Shown: in pieces, positions 30,184 through 39,034 of the stretch | Numbering within the stretch: the stretch's first letter is position 1 | Layout: the number at the start of each line of letters is the position of its first letter | Source of the DNA: Anaeromyxobacteraceae bacterium | Lineage (GTDB): Bacteria > Myxococcota > Myxococcia > Myxococcales > Anaeromyxobacteraceae | DNA: 64,000 nucleotides | Reading direction: 5' to 3' | NCBI GenBank assembly: GCA_047602405.1 | Contig: JASGHJ010000002.1 | Coordinates: 608,001-672,000 of the forward strand | Translations under genes and position numbers: made by a program | Notes under the pieces: model-generated | The model's input: the letters and a program-made list of their open reading frames with translations, nothing else | Told to the model about the DNA's origin: nothing | Database searches by the model: none

Positions 30184-30199
30184 AGCACGATTCGTGCCC
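30184..30199 (-). promoter_or_regulatory. Putative sigma54 promoter of the FAD/Fe-S oxidase
   Basis: Minus strand GGGCACGAATCGTGCT has exact GG-N10-GC spacing and a GGCACG -24 box, ~35 nt before the start. Confidence 0.65.
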
Positions 30200-30240
30200 C
30201 GGCATGGAGCCTTCGCGTCGCGGGTTTGCCGGCGTCGACC

Positions 30241-30256
30241 CGGCGTCGCTGCTGCA
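30241..30256 (+). promoter_or_regulatory. Possible sigma54 promoter of the hemerythrin pair
   Basis: CGGCGTCGCTGCTGCA has GG-N10-GC spacing but a weaker -24 match. Confidence 0.35.
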
Positions 30257-30331
30257 AGCTTTTCGCGTCGGGTTCACGGGGTACTGGGCAAATCGACGAA
30301 TCTTTGAAATTCTCGTCCAGTTAACCCGGGG

Positions 30332-30736
30332 ATGACGATGCAGATCCAGTGGACGCCCGCACTGTCCGTAGGGCACGAGCTCATCGACGGCCAGCACCAG
30401 GAGCTCTTCAAGCGCTTCGACGCGCTGGTCGCCGCCCTGTCGCAGGCGGACCGCGCCGCGGTCGGCCAGCTCTACGAGTTCCTCGGCGAGTACGTCGTGA
30501 GCCACTTCTCCGAGGAGGAGCGGCTGATGGAGGTGGCCGGCTACCCCGCCGCCGCCATCCACCGCGCGGCCCACGAGCGCTTCATCCGCGACTACGAGGA
30601 TCTCAAGAAGCTCTACGCGCAGGCCGGCCCGTCCGCCGCGGTCACCGTGAAGACGCAGACCTGGGTCTTCGACTGGCTGAAGGCGCACATCTGCGGGACC
30701 GACATGCGCTTCGCGGAGTGGCTGCGCACGCGCTGA
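30332..30736 (+). CDS. Bacteriohemerythrin
   Basis: IDGQHQELF, HFSEEE, HRAAH, HICGTD: all di-iron ligands present. Confidence 0.92.
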   Translation: MTMQIQWTPALSVGHELIDGQHQELFKRFDALVAALSQADRAAVGQLYEFLGEYVVSHFSEEERLMEVAGYPAAAIHRAAHERFIRDYEDLKKLYAQAGPSAAVTVKTQTWVFDWLKAHICGTDMRFAEWLRTR

Positions 30737-30837
30737 GCGCGCCCCGGCGGAGGCTGTAAGCGCCGGTGGGACCGCGTGCCTTGAAGCCTCCGGCGAGCGC
30801 GTGCTTGGCTGACGGCTCCTCACCTCCAGGAGCCGCG

Positions 30838-31236
30838 ATGTCCATGCCCCAGGCCGCCGCCACCTTCGACGCCGACGCCCTCGAGCTCGAGGCCCAGCAC
30901 GTCGAGCTCGTCCGCCGCGTGAAGGCGCTCTCCGCGTCCATCGCGAAGGGCACTCCCGACCTCGCCCGCCACCTCGACTTCCTGCAGGAGCACGCGGTCG
31001 CCCACTTCGGCCTCGAGGAGGAGCACATGCGCGCCGCGGGCTACCCGGGCCTGCTGCGCCACCAGGCCGAGCACGACCGCTTCATCGAGGACCTCCTCGA
31101 GCTCGCGCAGGCGCACGAGCAGCGCGGCGCGCTCGCCTTCGCGCACCTCGACACCGAGGGCTGGCTCACGAAGTGGATCGAGCGCCACGTCGGCGGCACC
31201 GACGCCGAGCTCGCGGCCTGGATGAAGGCCCGCTGA
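30838..31236 (+). CDS. Bacteriohemerythrin
   Basis: AGGAG RBS; EAQH, HFGLEE, HQAEH, HVGGTD. Confidence 0.88.
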   Translation: MSMPQAAATFDADALELEAQHVELVRRVKALSASIAKGTPDLARHLDFLQEHAVAHFGLEEEHMRAAGYPGLLRHQAEHDRFIEDLLELAQAHEQRGALAFAHLDTEGWLTKWIERHVGGTDAELAAWMKAR

Positions 31237-31588
31237 GCCTCCCGCCTCCGTTCCCTTCTTCTGGCCGCGTTTGCGGTGGGACGCCTCACGGGGTCTCTCC
31301 GCACCGCTTGGCCTTGGGCAAAGGCCCGCCGCGTCGGGGATCCTGGAGACGGTGGAGCGCTGTGGGAGGCCCGCGGCACCACCACGTGTGCCATGCGAGG
31401 CGGGGGTGACGTCGTGGAGGGCGCAGGGCGGTGACGAAGGCGAGGCGTGACCGGCCGCCTCGCATGTCACACTTGGTGCAGGTCGCGGCTGCGATTTTGG
31501 GCGGGCCTGCCGAAAGCCGGCGGTGCGGAGAGACCCCGCGAGGCGTCCGGGGAACGTGGAGATGGGGTGAGGAAGCAGAGGCTCAGCG
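31231..31588. repeat. Long nested palindromic element (MITE/REPIN-like or structured RNA)
   Basis: Inverted arm pairs 31231-31241/31578-31588, 31279-31330/31500-31548 and 31376-31403/31455-31479. Confidence 0.75.
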
Positions 31589-31593
31589 CTCGA

Positions 31594-31636
31594 CTGAACT
31601 CAGCTGAACTCCACTGAACTCAACTCTCCCCAACTC
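31594..31636 (+). repeat. 10-bp period CTGAACTC direct repeats
   Basis: CTGAACTC at 31594, 31604 and 31614, then CAACTC at 31621 and 31631. Confidence 0.8.
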
Positions 31637-31725
31637 AACCACGCCCGCCATCCCTCCTCGACCCACCAACCCCGATCGTAGGCGGCCGGATCGCCCGGCG
31701 AACCGGCCGCCCACGGTCACCCCCA

Positions 31726-31763
31726 GAGGAAACCCGGAGGAGGAAACCCGGAGAGGAACCCGG
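31726..31763 (+). repeat. GAGGAAACCCGGA direct repeats x3
   Basis: Copies at 31726, 31740 and 31753 (third degenerate). Confidence 0.8.
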
Positions 31764-31769
31764 GGCAGC

Positions 31770-32282
31770 CTAGAGCTTGACCTGCAGCTCGTAGCGCCGG
31801 TTCTTCGCCTTCTTCGCCGGCGTGTCGTCGGGCTTCACGAGCATCTTCTCGGAGCCCATCCCGACCGCCTCGATCTCGCCCGCGGGGATCCCCTTCGCGA
31901 CGAGCTCCTTCACGACGACCTGGGCGCGCTTCTCCGAGAGCTCCTTGTTCTTGGCGGCGTCACCCGAGCTGTCGGTGTGCCCGGACACCACGAACTTGAA
32001 GTTCTTCACGCCGGCGCCGTTGAGCTTCTTCTTCGCGTCGACGAGCGCGTTCGAGAGCCGCTTCATCTTGGCGTCGCAGCCCGGCTCGAGGACGTCGGTG
32101 CCGCTCTTGAACGAGCACTGGTTCTTCTTGCCCTCGTCGAGGAGCTTCTTGTTGACCGACTTCTCGAGCTTTCCGACCGACGCATCGCCGGCGGCCTTCT
32201 TGGCGACGTCCCAGGGCGTCTGGGCGCGGGCGGCGGCGGGGACGGAGAGCAGCAGGGCGGCGGCGAGGGCGAGGGTGCGCAT
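31770..32282 (-). CDS. OmpA family peptidoglycan-binding protein
   Basis: Signal peptide MRTLALAAALL, VSGHTDSSG, NKELSEKRAQVV, KNRRYE. Confidence 0.9.
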   Translation of the reverse strand: MRTLALAAALLLSVPAAARAQTPWDVAKKAAGDASVGKLEKSVNKKLLDEGKKNQCSFKSGTDVLEPGCDAKMKRLSNALVDAKKKLNGAGVKNFKFVVSGHTDSSGDAAKNKELSEKRAQVVVKELVAKGIPAGEIEAVGMGSEKMLVKPDDTPAKKAKNRRYELQVKL

Positions 32283-32298
32283 GCCGGGGATGCTCGAC

Positions 32299-32330
32299 CG
32301 CGAGGGCGCCCCGGCGCAAGCGCCCTCGCG
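32299..32330. terminator. GC-rich hairpin after the cytochrome gene
   Basis: 11-bp stem CGCGAGGGCGC/GCGCCCTCGCG, no U-tract. Confidence 0.4.
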
Positions 32331-32338
32331 GGGGCGTG

Positions 32339-33535
32339 TCACTGTTGCCCGTGGTAGCCCTTCACGGCGTCCGCGCCGTGGCAGGTGGTGCACGCGTTCG
32401 CCGCGGTCGGGTCCGCCACCTGCACCACGTGGTTGCAGTCGTCGAACGCGTTCCCGCCGGTCGCGCCGCACGTCTTCCCGGCCGACTGGTCGAACTTCAC
32501 GTTGTCGTGGCAGGAGGTGCAGGCCGCCACCGACGGCTGCGACGCGAACCGGCCCGCGTCGTTCGAGCCCGTGTGGCAGATCGCGCAGTCGGAGACCCCG
32601 CGGTACCAGGGGACCGCGAGGTCCGAGAAGTTCACCACGGACTGGTTGAACCCGACGATGTAGTAGGGCTTCCCCTGCTGCACGCTCGGGAGGTCCGCGC
32701 CGGCGTGGATCTTGTGGACCATCACCTTGAAGTCGACGGTGCGGGAGGTCTCGGGGTCGGTCGTCGCGGGCGAGTGGCAGGTGGCGCAGAGCGCCACGCC
32801 TCGCCGGGTCCCGTGGGCCTGCACGAACCCGTGGCAGGACGCGCACGCCGCGTCGCTCACCGCGAGCTGGTTCGAGGCGGTCCCGCCGCCGGACGGCACG
32901 AAGTCGTGCGCGTCGTAGCCGATGAGGGCCTCGCCGCCCGACGCCTCGGTGCGGACCACCCAGCCCGCGACCGTGTGCGTGCGGGTCCGGTCGAGGCCGG
33001 TCACGTTCGTCGCCGGCATCGTGTACGTGTAGACACCGCCGCCCTTGTCCTGGAGGTCCGCCACCGGCCACGGCGCCGGGCCGGCCGCGGTGCGGGCCGG
33101 GGGCTCGTACTGGGCCTGCGGGAAGGTGCCGGTGGGCGGCAGGGCGCCGCCGCCGGCGGGCGGCGTGAACGCCTTCGGCGCGACGTCGGCGGAGTAGTAG
33201 CTCTTGTAGTCGCCGTGCTCGTCGAGCGCGGCGAGCGTGAAGCGCGGCACCGTGTTCGGGAACGTGGCCGGGGTCGCGTTCGCGTTCGCGAGCTCGGCGA
33301 GGAGCTCCACCGGCTTCCCGTCCGGGGTCGTCAGCTTGAAGGTGACGGTCGGGCGGCCGCTCTCCGGGACCTCCGCCGACTGGATGTCGAGGACGAGCGG
33401 CTGCTCGGGGACCGTGCCGCCGCCCCCGCCCCCGCCGCCACCCCCGCCGCCCCCGTCGTCGTCGTTCTTGCGGGAGCTGCCGCACGCCGCGAGCGCCACC
33501 GCGGCCGCCACACCGATCCACGCCCGGTAGGTCAT
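32339..33535 (-). CDS. Pentaheme c-type cytochrome lipoprotein, OmcA/MtrC-like
   Basis: Lipobox LAAC, PTVTFKLT beta domain, five CxxCH motifs, FKVMVHKIH motif. Confidence 0.85.
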   Translation of the reverse strand: MTYRAWIGVAAAVALAACGSSRKNDDDGGGGGGGGGGGGGTVPEQPLVLDIQSAEVPESGRPTVTFKLTTPDGKPVELLAELANANATPATFPNTVPRFTLAALDEHGDYKSYYSADVAPKAFTPPAGGGALPPTGTFPQAQYEPPARTAAGPAPWPVADLQDKGGGVYTYTMPATNVTGLDRTRTHTVAGWVVRTEASGGEALIGYDAHDFVPSGGGTASNQLAVSDAACASCHGFVQAHGTRRGVALCATCHSPATTDPETSRTVDFKVMVHKIHAGADLPSVQQGKPYYIVGFNQSVVNFSDLAVPWYRGVSDCAICHTGSNDAGRFASQPSVAACTSCHDNVKFDQSAGKTCGATGGNAFDDCNHVVQVADPTAANACTTCHGADAVKGYHGQQ

Positions 33536-33596
33536 GTGTTCACCTTGCGTCGCGAGGGCCGGGCGGGAAGGGGAGGGGCCCTGCGGGGTAGCGCTC

Positions 33597-33626
33597 TTGA
33601 CATAAAAATTATGACGGTGCGAGAGT
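33597..33626 (+). promoter_or_regulatory. sigma70-type promoter with overlapping palindromic operator
   Basis: TTGACA at 33597, palindrome CATAA-AAA-TTATG at 33601-33613, TGc-GAGAGT extended -10-like element, GTG 7 nt later. Confidence 0.6.
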
Positions 33627-33633
33627 GGCGCCC

Positions 33634-34212
33634 GTGCCTGGTTCGCGCGCCGCCTTCTCCGCCGTCTTCCGGCCGACCCGCCTGAAGGTGCTCCGCGCGC
33701 TCGGCAGCCCGGCCACTGCCTCGGGCGTCGCCCGGGCGCTCGGCCTCCCGCGCCAGCAGGTCGCGTACCACCTGAAGGCGCTCCGCGCGGACGGGCTCGT
33801 CGAGGAGCTCGAGACCCGGCGGCGCGGCTCGGTCACCGAGCGGCTCCTGCGGGCCACCGCCCGGGCGTACCTCGTCGCCCCGGAGGTCCTGGACGCGCTG
33901 GGCCGCGAGCCCGACCAGGTCCGCGATCGCTTCTCCTCCGGCTACCTCGTCGCCGCCGCGGCCGACGCGATCCGCGACGTCGCGGCCGGCCGCGCCCGCG
34001 GGAAGGTCGCGACGCTCACGCTCCAGGCCGACGTGGCGCTCGCGACGCCGGCCGCGCGGAAGGCGTTCGCCGAGGAGCTCGCGAACGCCGTCGCGCGCGT
34101 CGTCGCGCGCCACCACGACGCCGCGGCGCCCGCGGCCGCACGCCACCGCCTGCTCGTCTCCGCCTGGGCCTCGCCCGGGCCTGCCCCAGCCCCCGAGGAG
34201 GATCCCGCATGA
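33634..34212 (+). CDS. ArsR-like winged HTH regulator
   Basis: PTRLKVLRAL, ARALGLPRQQVAYHLKALRADGLV. Start could be 33625. Confidence 0.85.
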   Translation: MPGSRAAFSAVFRPTRLKVLRALGSPATASGVARALGLPRQQVAYHLKALRADGLVEELETRRRGSVTERLLRATARAYLVAPEVLDALGREPDQVRDRFSSGYLVAAAADAIRDVAAGRARGKVATLTLQADVALATPAARKAFAEELANAVARVVARHHDAAAPAAARHRLLVSAWASPGPAPAPEEDPA

Positions 34213-35000
34213 GTCCCGAGAAGAAGGCGAAGAAGCCGTCCGGCCGCATGGAGCGCAGCGTCACGCTGCGCGCGACGCCCGAGGAGGTCTGGAAGGCCGT
34301 CAGCGAGGCGGAGGGCATCGCCCGCTGGTTCGCGCCGGAGGTGAGCGTGAAGCCCGGCCCCGGCGGCGAGCTCTTCCTCGCCTGGGACGGGCAGGGCTTC
34401 CCGACGCCCATCACCATCTGGGAGCCCGGGCGCCGGCTCGTCTGCCGGGATCCGGACGCGGCGGACGGGGTGCACCTCGCGACCGAGTACGTGCTCGAGG
34501 CGAAGGGCGGCACGACGGTGCTGCGGGTCGTGCAGTCCGGCTTCGAGGAGGGCAGCGACATGGAGCAGGGGCTCGACCGCGGCTGGGCCGTGTTCCTCTC
34601 GAACCTCCGCCACGCGCTCGAGCGCGCGAAGGGGCTGCCGTGCGCGTACGGCTACGCGCAGATCCAGCCCGCGGCGGCGGAGGGCGCGTTCGCGCGGCTC
34701 CTCGGGCCGGGCCTGCTCGGCCTGGAGGGCGATCCGGGGGCGCTCGAGGCCGGCGCGCGGGTGACGCTCGCGCCGGGCGGCGAACGCTGCCAGGTGGAGG
34801 TCGACCTCTGGAAGCCGGGCCTCGCCTTCGGCGCGGCGCGGCTCGGCCGGAACGAGCGGTTCGCCCTCGTCCTCGAGCCCTGGGGCTTCGCGACGGCCTA
34901 CAGGCTCGCGTACGGGCTCGCGCCCGGCGAGGTCGCGGGTCACCTCGCGCGGTGGAAGGCGCTCGCCGCAGCGGCCGGCCCCGCCGCCTCCGGGGCTTGA
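34209..35000 (+). CDS. SRPBCC/AHSA1 domain protein
   Basis: ATPEEVWKAV, IARWFAPE, TTVLRVVQSGF, GWAVFLSNL. ATGA overlap with the regulator. Confidence 0.85.
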   Translation: MSPEKKAKKPSGRMERSVTLRATPEEVWKAVSEAEGIARWFAPEVSVKPGPGGELFLAWDGQGFPTPITIWEPGRRLVCRDPDAADGVHLATEYVLEAKGGTTVLRVVQSGFEEGSDMEQGLDRGWAVFLSNLRHALERAKGLPCAYGYAQIQPAAAEGAFARLLGPGLLGLEGDPGALEAGARVTLAPGGERCQVEVDLWKPGLAFGAARLGRNERFALVLEPWGFATAYRLAYGLAPGEVAGHLARWKALAAAAGPAASGA

Positions 35001-35031
35001 CGGAACGTCCGGGGGGTGGGCCCATGGCCGC

Positions 35032-35466
35032 ATGGCCCCGCAGTGGTCCGCCGCGCTCGCCGTCGGCGTCGAGGACATCGACGAGCAGCACCGGGAGCTC
35101 TTCCGGCGCGCGGGCGACCTCGTCCTCGCGCTGAAGGGCGGGCGGCGCGGCGACGTGGGCGCCCTCGTCGAGTACCTCGGCGAGTACGCCGACCGGCACT
35201 TCGCCGCCGAGGAGGCGCTCATGCGCGAGACGGCCTACCCGGACCTCGAGCGCCACCAGGCGCGCCACGAGGAGTTCCGTGCGGGGCTCCGCCGGTACGT
35301 GGGCGAGTACGAGCGGAAGGGCGCCACACCCCTCGTGACCCTGACGCTCCACAACTGGCTCTCCGACTGGCTCCGCGGCCACGTGTCGACGGCCGACGTG
35401 GACGTGGGCGCCCACGTGGCCCGGGTCCGGGCGGGAGGCACGTGTTCCTCGCCGCGCTCATCCTGA
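35032..35466 (+). CDS. Bacteriohemerythrin
   Basis: IDEQHRELF, HFAAEE, HQARH, HVSTAD. The stop codon lies within a REP-like element. Confidence 0.9.
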   Translation: MAPQWSAALAVGVEDIDEQHRELFRRAGDLVLALKGGRRGDVGALVEYLGEYADRHFAAEEALMRETAYPDLERHQARHEEFRAGLRRYVGEYERKGATPLVTLTLHNWLSDWLRGHVSTADVDVGAHVARVRAGGTCSSPRSS

Positions 35467-35510
35467 GCGTAGGCCCCCGCTGCACTGCAGCGGGGGCCGA
35501 AGTCGAAGGA
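35456..35510 (+). repeat. REP-like element (same family as 2534)
   Basis: TCCTGAGCGTAG-GCCCCCGCTGCA c TGCAGCGGGGGC-CGAAGTCGAAGGA. Confidence 0.8.
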
Positions 35511-35562
35511 CCGCGGCCGCCCGCGTGCTAGATTCGGCCCGGTCACACCCCGGAAGCGCACC

Positions 35563-36365
35563 TTGGCCCGCGACCTCCTCGCCTTCCCCCGCGCCGTCGG
35601 CGGCGCCGTCGTCGACACGACGGCGTACGTGCTGCGCGTCTCCTCGATCATCGGCACGACGCTCGCCTCGCTGCTCGGCCGGCGCGGGCGGATGCGCCCC
35701 GCGGTGCGCGGGGTCTGGCGCGCGCAGGTCTACTTCACCGGCGTGCAGGCCATCCCGTTCGCGACGCTGCTCGCGCTCCTCGTCTCGATGATCGTCGTCG
35801 TGCAGGCGCGGCTCGCCGGTGCGGCGGCGGAGGGAGGGCCGCTCGGGCGGCTCCTCGTGATCGTGGTCGTGCGCGAGCTCGGGCCGCTCGCGGTCGCGAC
35901 CGTGGTCATCGCCCGCAGCTGCAGCGCCATCGCCGCGGAGCTGGGCGCGATGCGGGTCTCGGGCGAGGTGGACGGCCTCGCCGGCATGGGCATCGATCCC
36001 TTCGAGTACCTCGTGGTGCCGCGGGTGATTGGGGTCGCGACCGCGGTCGCGTGCCTGGGGGTCCTCTTCGCCACCGTCTCGGTGCTCGCGGGCGCCGCGA
36101 TGACCGCCTTCGTGGGCGCCAGCACCTCGGCCGACGCGGTCCTCGAGATCGTCGGCAGGAACCTCAGCCGGTGGACCACCTCGTGGTCCTCGCGAAGACC
36201 GCCGTGCCCGGGCTCCTCATGGCCGCGATCTCCTGCGAGGAGGGGCTCTCCGCCGCCCGCTCCATCACCGCCGTGCCGCCGTCGGTCTCGCGCGCGGTGG
36301 TCCGCTCCATGACCGCGGTCTTCGTCTGGGACGGGCTCGTCTCGGCCCTCGCCTACGCCCTGTGA
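35563..36365 (+). CDS. MlaE-type ABC permease, frameshift near 36170
   Basis: QVYFTGVQA, VRELGP, SAIAAELGAMRVSGEVD, PRV. C-terminus (ISCEEG...VSRAVVRS) is in frame 36051. Confidence 0.85.
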
Positions 36366-36369
36366 CCCC

Positions 36370-37035
36370 GTGAGCGCCGCCGTCCAGCTGAGCGGGGTCA
36401 CGCTCCTCGATCGCTCGGGCCGGCCGCTCGTCGAGGGCCTCGACCTCGAGGTCGCCGCCGGCGAGGCGGTCGTCATCTCCGCGCCGCCGGAGATCGGCTC
36501 GGTCATCCTGCGGTCGCTCGTGGGCCTCGAGGTGCCGGCGCGCGGCGCCGTGCGGCTCCTGGGGGAGGACGTCCTCGCGCTGAGGAAGGGCGCCGGCGAG
36601 CAGCTCCTCGCCGGCGTCGGCTACCTGCCGCGCCACGGCGCGCTGGTCTCGAACCTGCCCATCCGCGAGAACCTCGTGCTGCCCGTGCTCTGGCACCGGC
36701 ACGTCCCGCGGGCGCAGGCGCTCGAGGCGGCGGCGCGGAGCGCCGCGCGGTTCGGGCTCGAGGAGCTGCCCGCGGTCATCCCGCCGCTCGCGTCGGTGTC
36801 GGTCCGCCGGCGCGCCGCGCTCGCCCGCGCCGCGGTGCTCGATCCCTCGGTGCTGCTCCTCGACGACCCCACCGAGGACCTCGACCCCCACGACGCCGGC
36901 GACGTCGCCGGCCGCCTCGCCGCCACCGCGAAGGCGCTCGGCGCCGCGGTGCTCGCCACCTCGCACGAGTACGACGTGCCGATGGCGCTTCAGGCGCGCG
37001 TCCTCCACCTCCGCCACCCCCCGAGGCAGCCATGA
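36370..37035 (+). CDS. MlaF-like ABC ATP-binding protein, degenerate
   Basis: LPIRENLVLP, RAALARA, LLLDDPT, TSHE. No GK in the Walker A position. Confidence 0.75.
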   Translation: MSAAVQLSGVTLLDRSGRPLVEGLDLEVAAGEAVVISAPPEIGSVILRSLVGLEVPARGAVRLLGEDVLALRKGAGEQLLAGVGYLPRHGALVSNLPIRENLVLPVLWHRHVPRAQALEAAARSAARFGLEELPAVIPPLASVSVRRRAALARAAVLDPSVLLLDDPTEDLDPHDAGDVAGRLAATAKALGAAVLATSHEYDVPMALQARVLHLRHPPRQP

Positions 37036-38078
37036 GCCTGCGCGAGCCCTTCCAGTTCCGCTACATGCGCGAGATCGTCGGCCTGTTCGTCCTCGGCTCG
37101 ATGCTCGTCGCGCTCGGCAGCATCGTCGTGCTCGGCAACGCGCAGCGCTGGTTCGAGCGGCGCGTGGAGGTCCAGGCGCTGTTCGCCGCCGAGAAGGCCA
37201 CCGTGATCCACCCGGGCGTCCCGGTGCGGCTCGCGGGCGAGAGCGTGGGGCAGGTCGAGGAGGTGAAGAACGAGAAGGACGGCCACGCCCGGGTGCGCAT
37301 GCGCGTGCGGCACGCCGCGCGCACCTCCCTGCGCGCCGACTCGAAGGCGATCCTGCGCGTGCCCATCGCCGGCCTCGTCGGCGACCTCGCGATCGAGCTC
37401 ACCCCGGGCGGCGACGCGCCGGCGGTGCCCGACGACTTCGAGCTCCCCGGCATCACCCAGGGCGACCTCCTCGCCGAGCTCGAGGGCGTGCTCCGCGAGC
37501 TCGGCACCGACCTGCCGGCGCTCACCGCGGAGGTGACCGAGCTCCTCCACCACACGAACGCGCTCCTCGCCCAGGCCGAGCAGGGGAGGGCCGGCACGCA
37601 CGCGGCCGCCCTGCTCGCGCGCGGCTCCGCGCTCGCCGCGCAGGCGGAGGACGCTCGCGTCATCGCCCGCGCCGCCGGCGTGGTGGGCGAGCTCGAGGCG
37701 CTGCTCGCCTCGGTGCGCAAGGGGGAGGGGACGGCCGGCAAGCTCGTCAGCGACCCCGCGATGCACGAGCGGGTGACGCGCCTGCTCGACGACGTCCACC
37801 ACAGCTGGGGCGACGTCCAGAAGCTCCTCGTCGCGGCGGGGAAGATCGGCGACGACGGCTCGGTGGTCTCCGCCGAGCTGCGCAAGCGCGCCGACGACCT
37901 GCCGGCGATGCTCGACCAGACGCAGCGGCTGCTCCTGCGGACCAACCAGACGCTCGAGGCCGTGCAGCGCCACTGGCTGCTCCGCGGCAACGTGGAGGAC
38001 CCGGCGCCGCTCCCCGAGCCGCCCGCAGTCCTCGATCGCGCAGAGCCCGTGCCCGCGAAGGGCGAGGTGAAGCCGTGA
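37032..38078 (+). CDS. MlaD/MCE family protein
   Basis: IVGLFVL TM segment, PGVPVRLAGESVGQV, IELTPG, GEGTAGKLVSD. Confidence 0.88.
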   Translation: MSLREPFQFRYMREIVGLFVLGSMLVALGSIVVLGNAQRWFERRVEVQALFAAEKATVIHPGVPVRLAGESVGQVEEVKNEKDGHARVRMRVRHAARTSLRADSKAILRVPIAGLVGDLAIELTPGGDAPAVPDDFELPGITQGDLLAELEGVLRELGTDLPALTAEVTELLHHTNALLAQAEQGRAGTHAAALLARGSALAAQAEDARVIARAAGVVGELEALLASVRKGEGTAGKLVSDPAMHERVTRLLDDVHHSWGDVQKLLVAAGKIGDDGSVVSAELRKRADDLPAMLDQTQRLLLRTNQTLEAVQRHWLLRGNVEDPAPLPEPPAVLDRAEPVPAKGEVKP

Positions 38079-38969
38079 GGCCGCTCCTCCTGGCGGGCTG
38101 CCTGGCCGCGGCCGCCTGCGGCGCCCCGCAGCGGCCGCCGTCGCCGGTCGAGCAGGCGCGGCTCCTCGGCGCCTCGGGCGACGAGGCCCGCGCGCTCGGG
38201 GACCCGGGCGGCGCCGCGCGCTCGTACGCCCGGGCGCTCGCCTCCGCCCGGGCGGGCGACGACCGCCGGCTCGCCGCCGACCTCGGCTACCGGCTCGGGA
38301 TCGCGTACCTCTCGGCCGGGCTCGCCCGCGAGGCGGCGGTGGCGCTCGACGACGCGGCCCGCACCGCCGCCGCGGTCGGCGAGGCGAAGCTCGAGGTGAG
38401 GGCGCTCCTCGCGCTCGCGCGCGCCCGGCAGGACGCGGGCGACGCGGCGGTGGGGGCCGCGCTCGATCGCGCCCTCCTGGCCGCTCGCTCGTCGGGCGAC
38501 CGGCCGGGCGAGGCGCTCGCGCACGTGGGCCTCGCCGCGCTCGGCGACGACGCCTCCGCGCGCGGCCACCTCGACGCCGCCCAGGCCCTCGCCGGCAAGG
38601 AGCCGGCGGTCGCCGCGCCGCTCGCGCTCAACCGCGCGCGCCGCGCCGAGCGCGCGAACGACGGGGCTGCCGCGGGGCTCTACCGGACCGCGGCCGACGG
38701 CTTCCGCGCCCTCGAGGACGGCGCCGGGCTGTACGAGGCGCTCGCCGGGGCCGCCCGCGCCGCGGATCGCACCGGCGGTGCGCCCGGGGAGGCCGCCGAG
38801 CTCCACCGGCGGGCGGCCGACGCCGCGGTGCGGATTCGGGGCCATCCCGCGGGCGGCGGCCGAGCTGCGCCTCGCCGCCGCAGCCCACGCGCGCGCCGGC
38901 GAGCCGGGGCAGGCCGCCCGCCGCGAGGAAGAGGCCCGCCGGCTCGAGGCCGACGCCGCGGCGCGGTAG
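38075..38969 (+). CDS. TPR-like lipoprotein, frameshift near 38835
   Basis: Lipobox AAAC, Ala-rich helical repeats. Tail GAIPRAAAELRL... is in frame 38778. Confidence 0.65.
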
Positions 38970-39034
38970 CGCACGGACGTCACGTCCGGGCCCCCCTCGT
39001 GACTTCGGGGGAACCCGCCGTTAGAACCCGGGCC

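Noticed and set aside
30285..30325. c-di-GMP-I (GEMM) riboswitch suggested by GGGCAAA
   Set aside because: The downstream GACGCAAAGC-type conserved elements and the stem architecture are absent.
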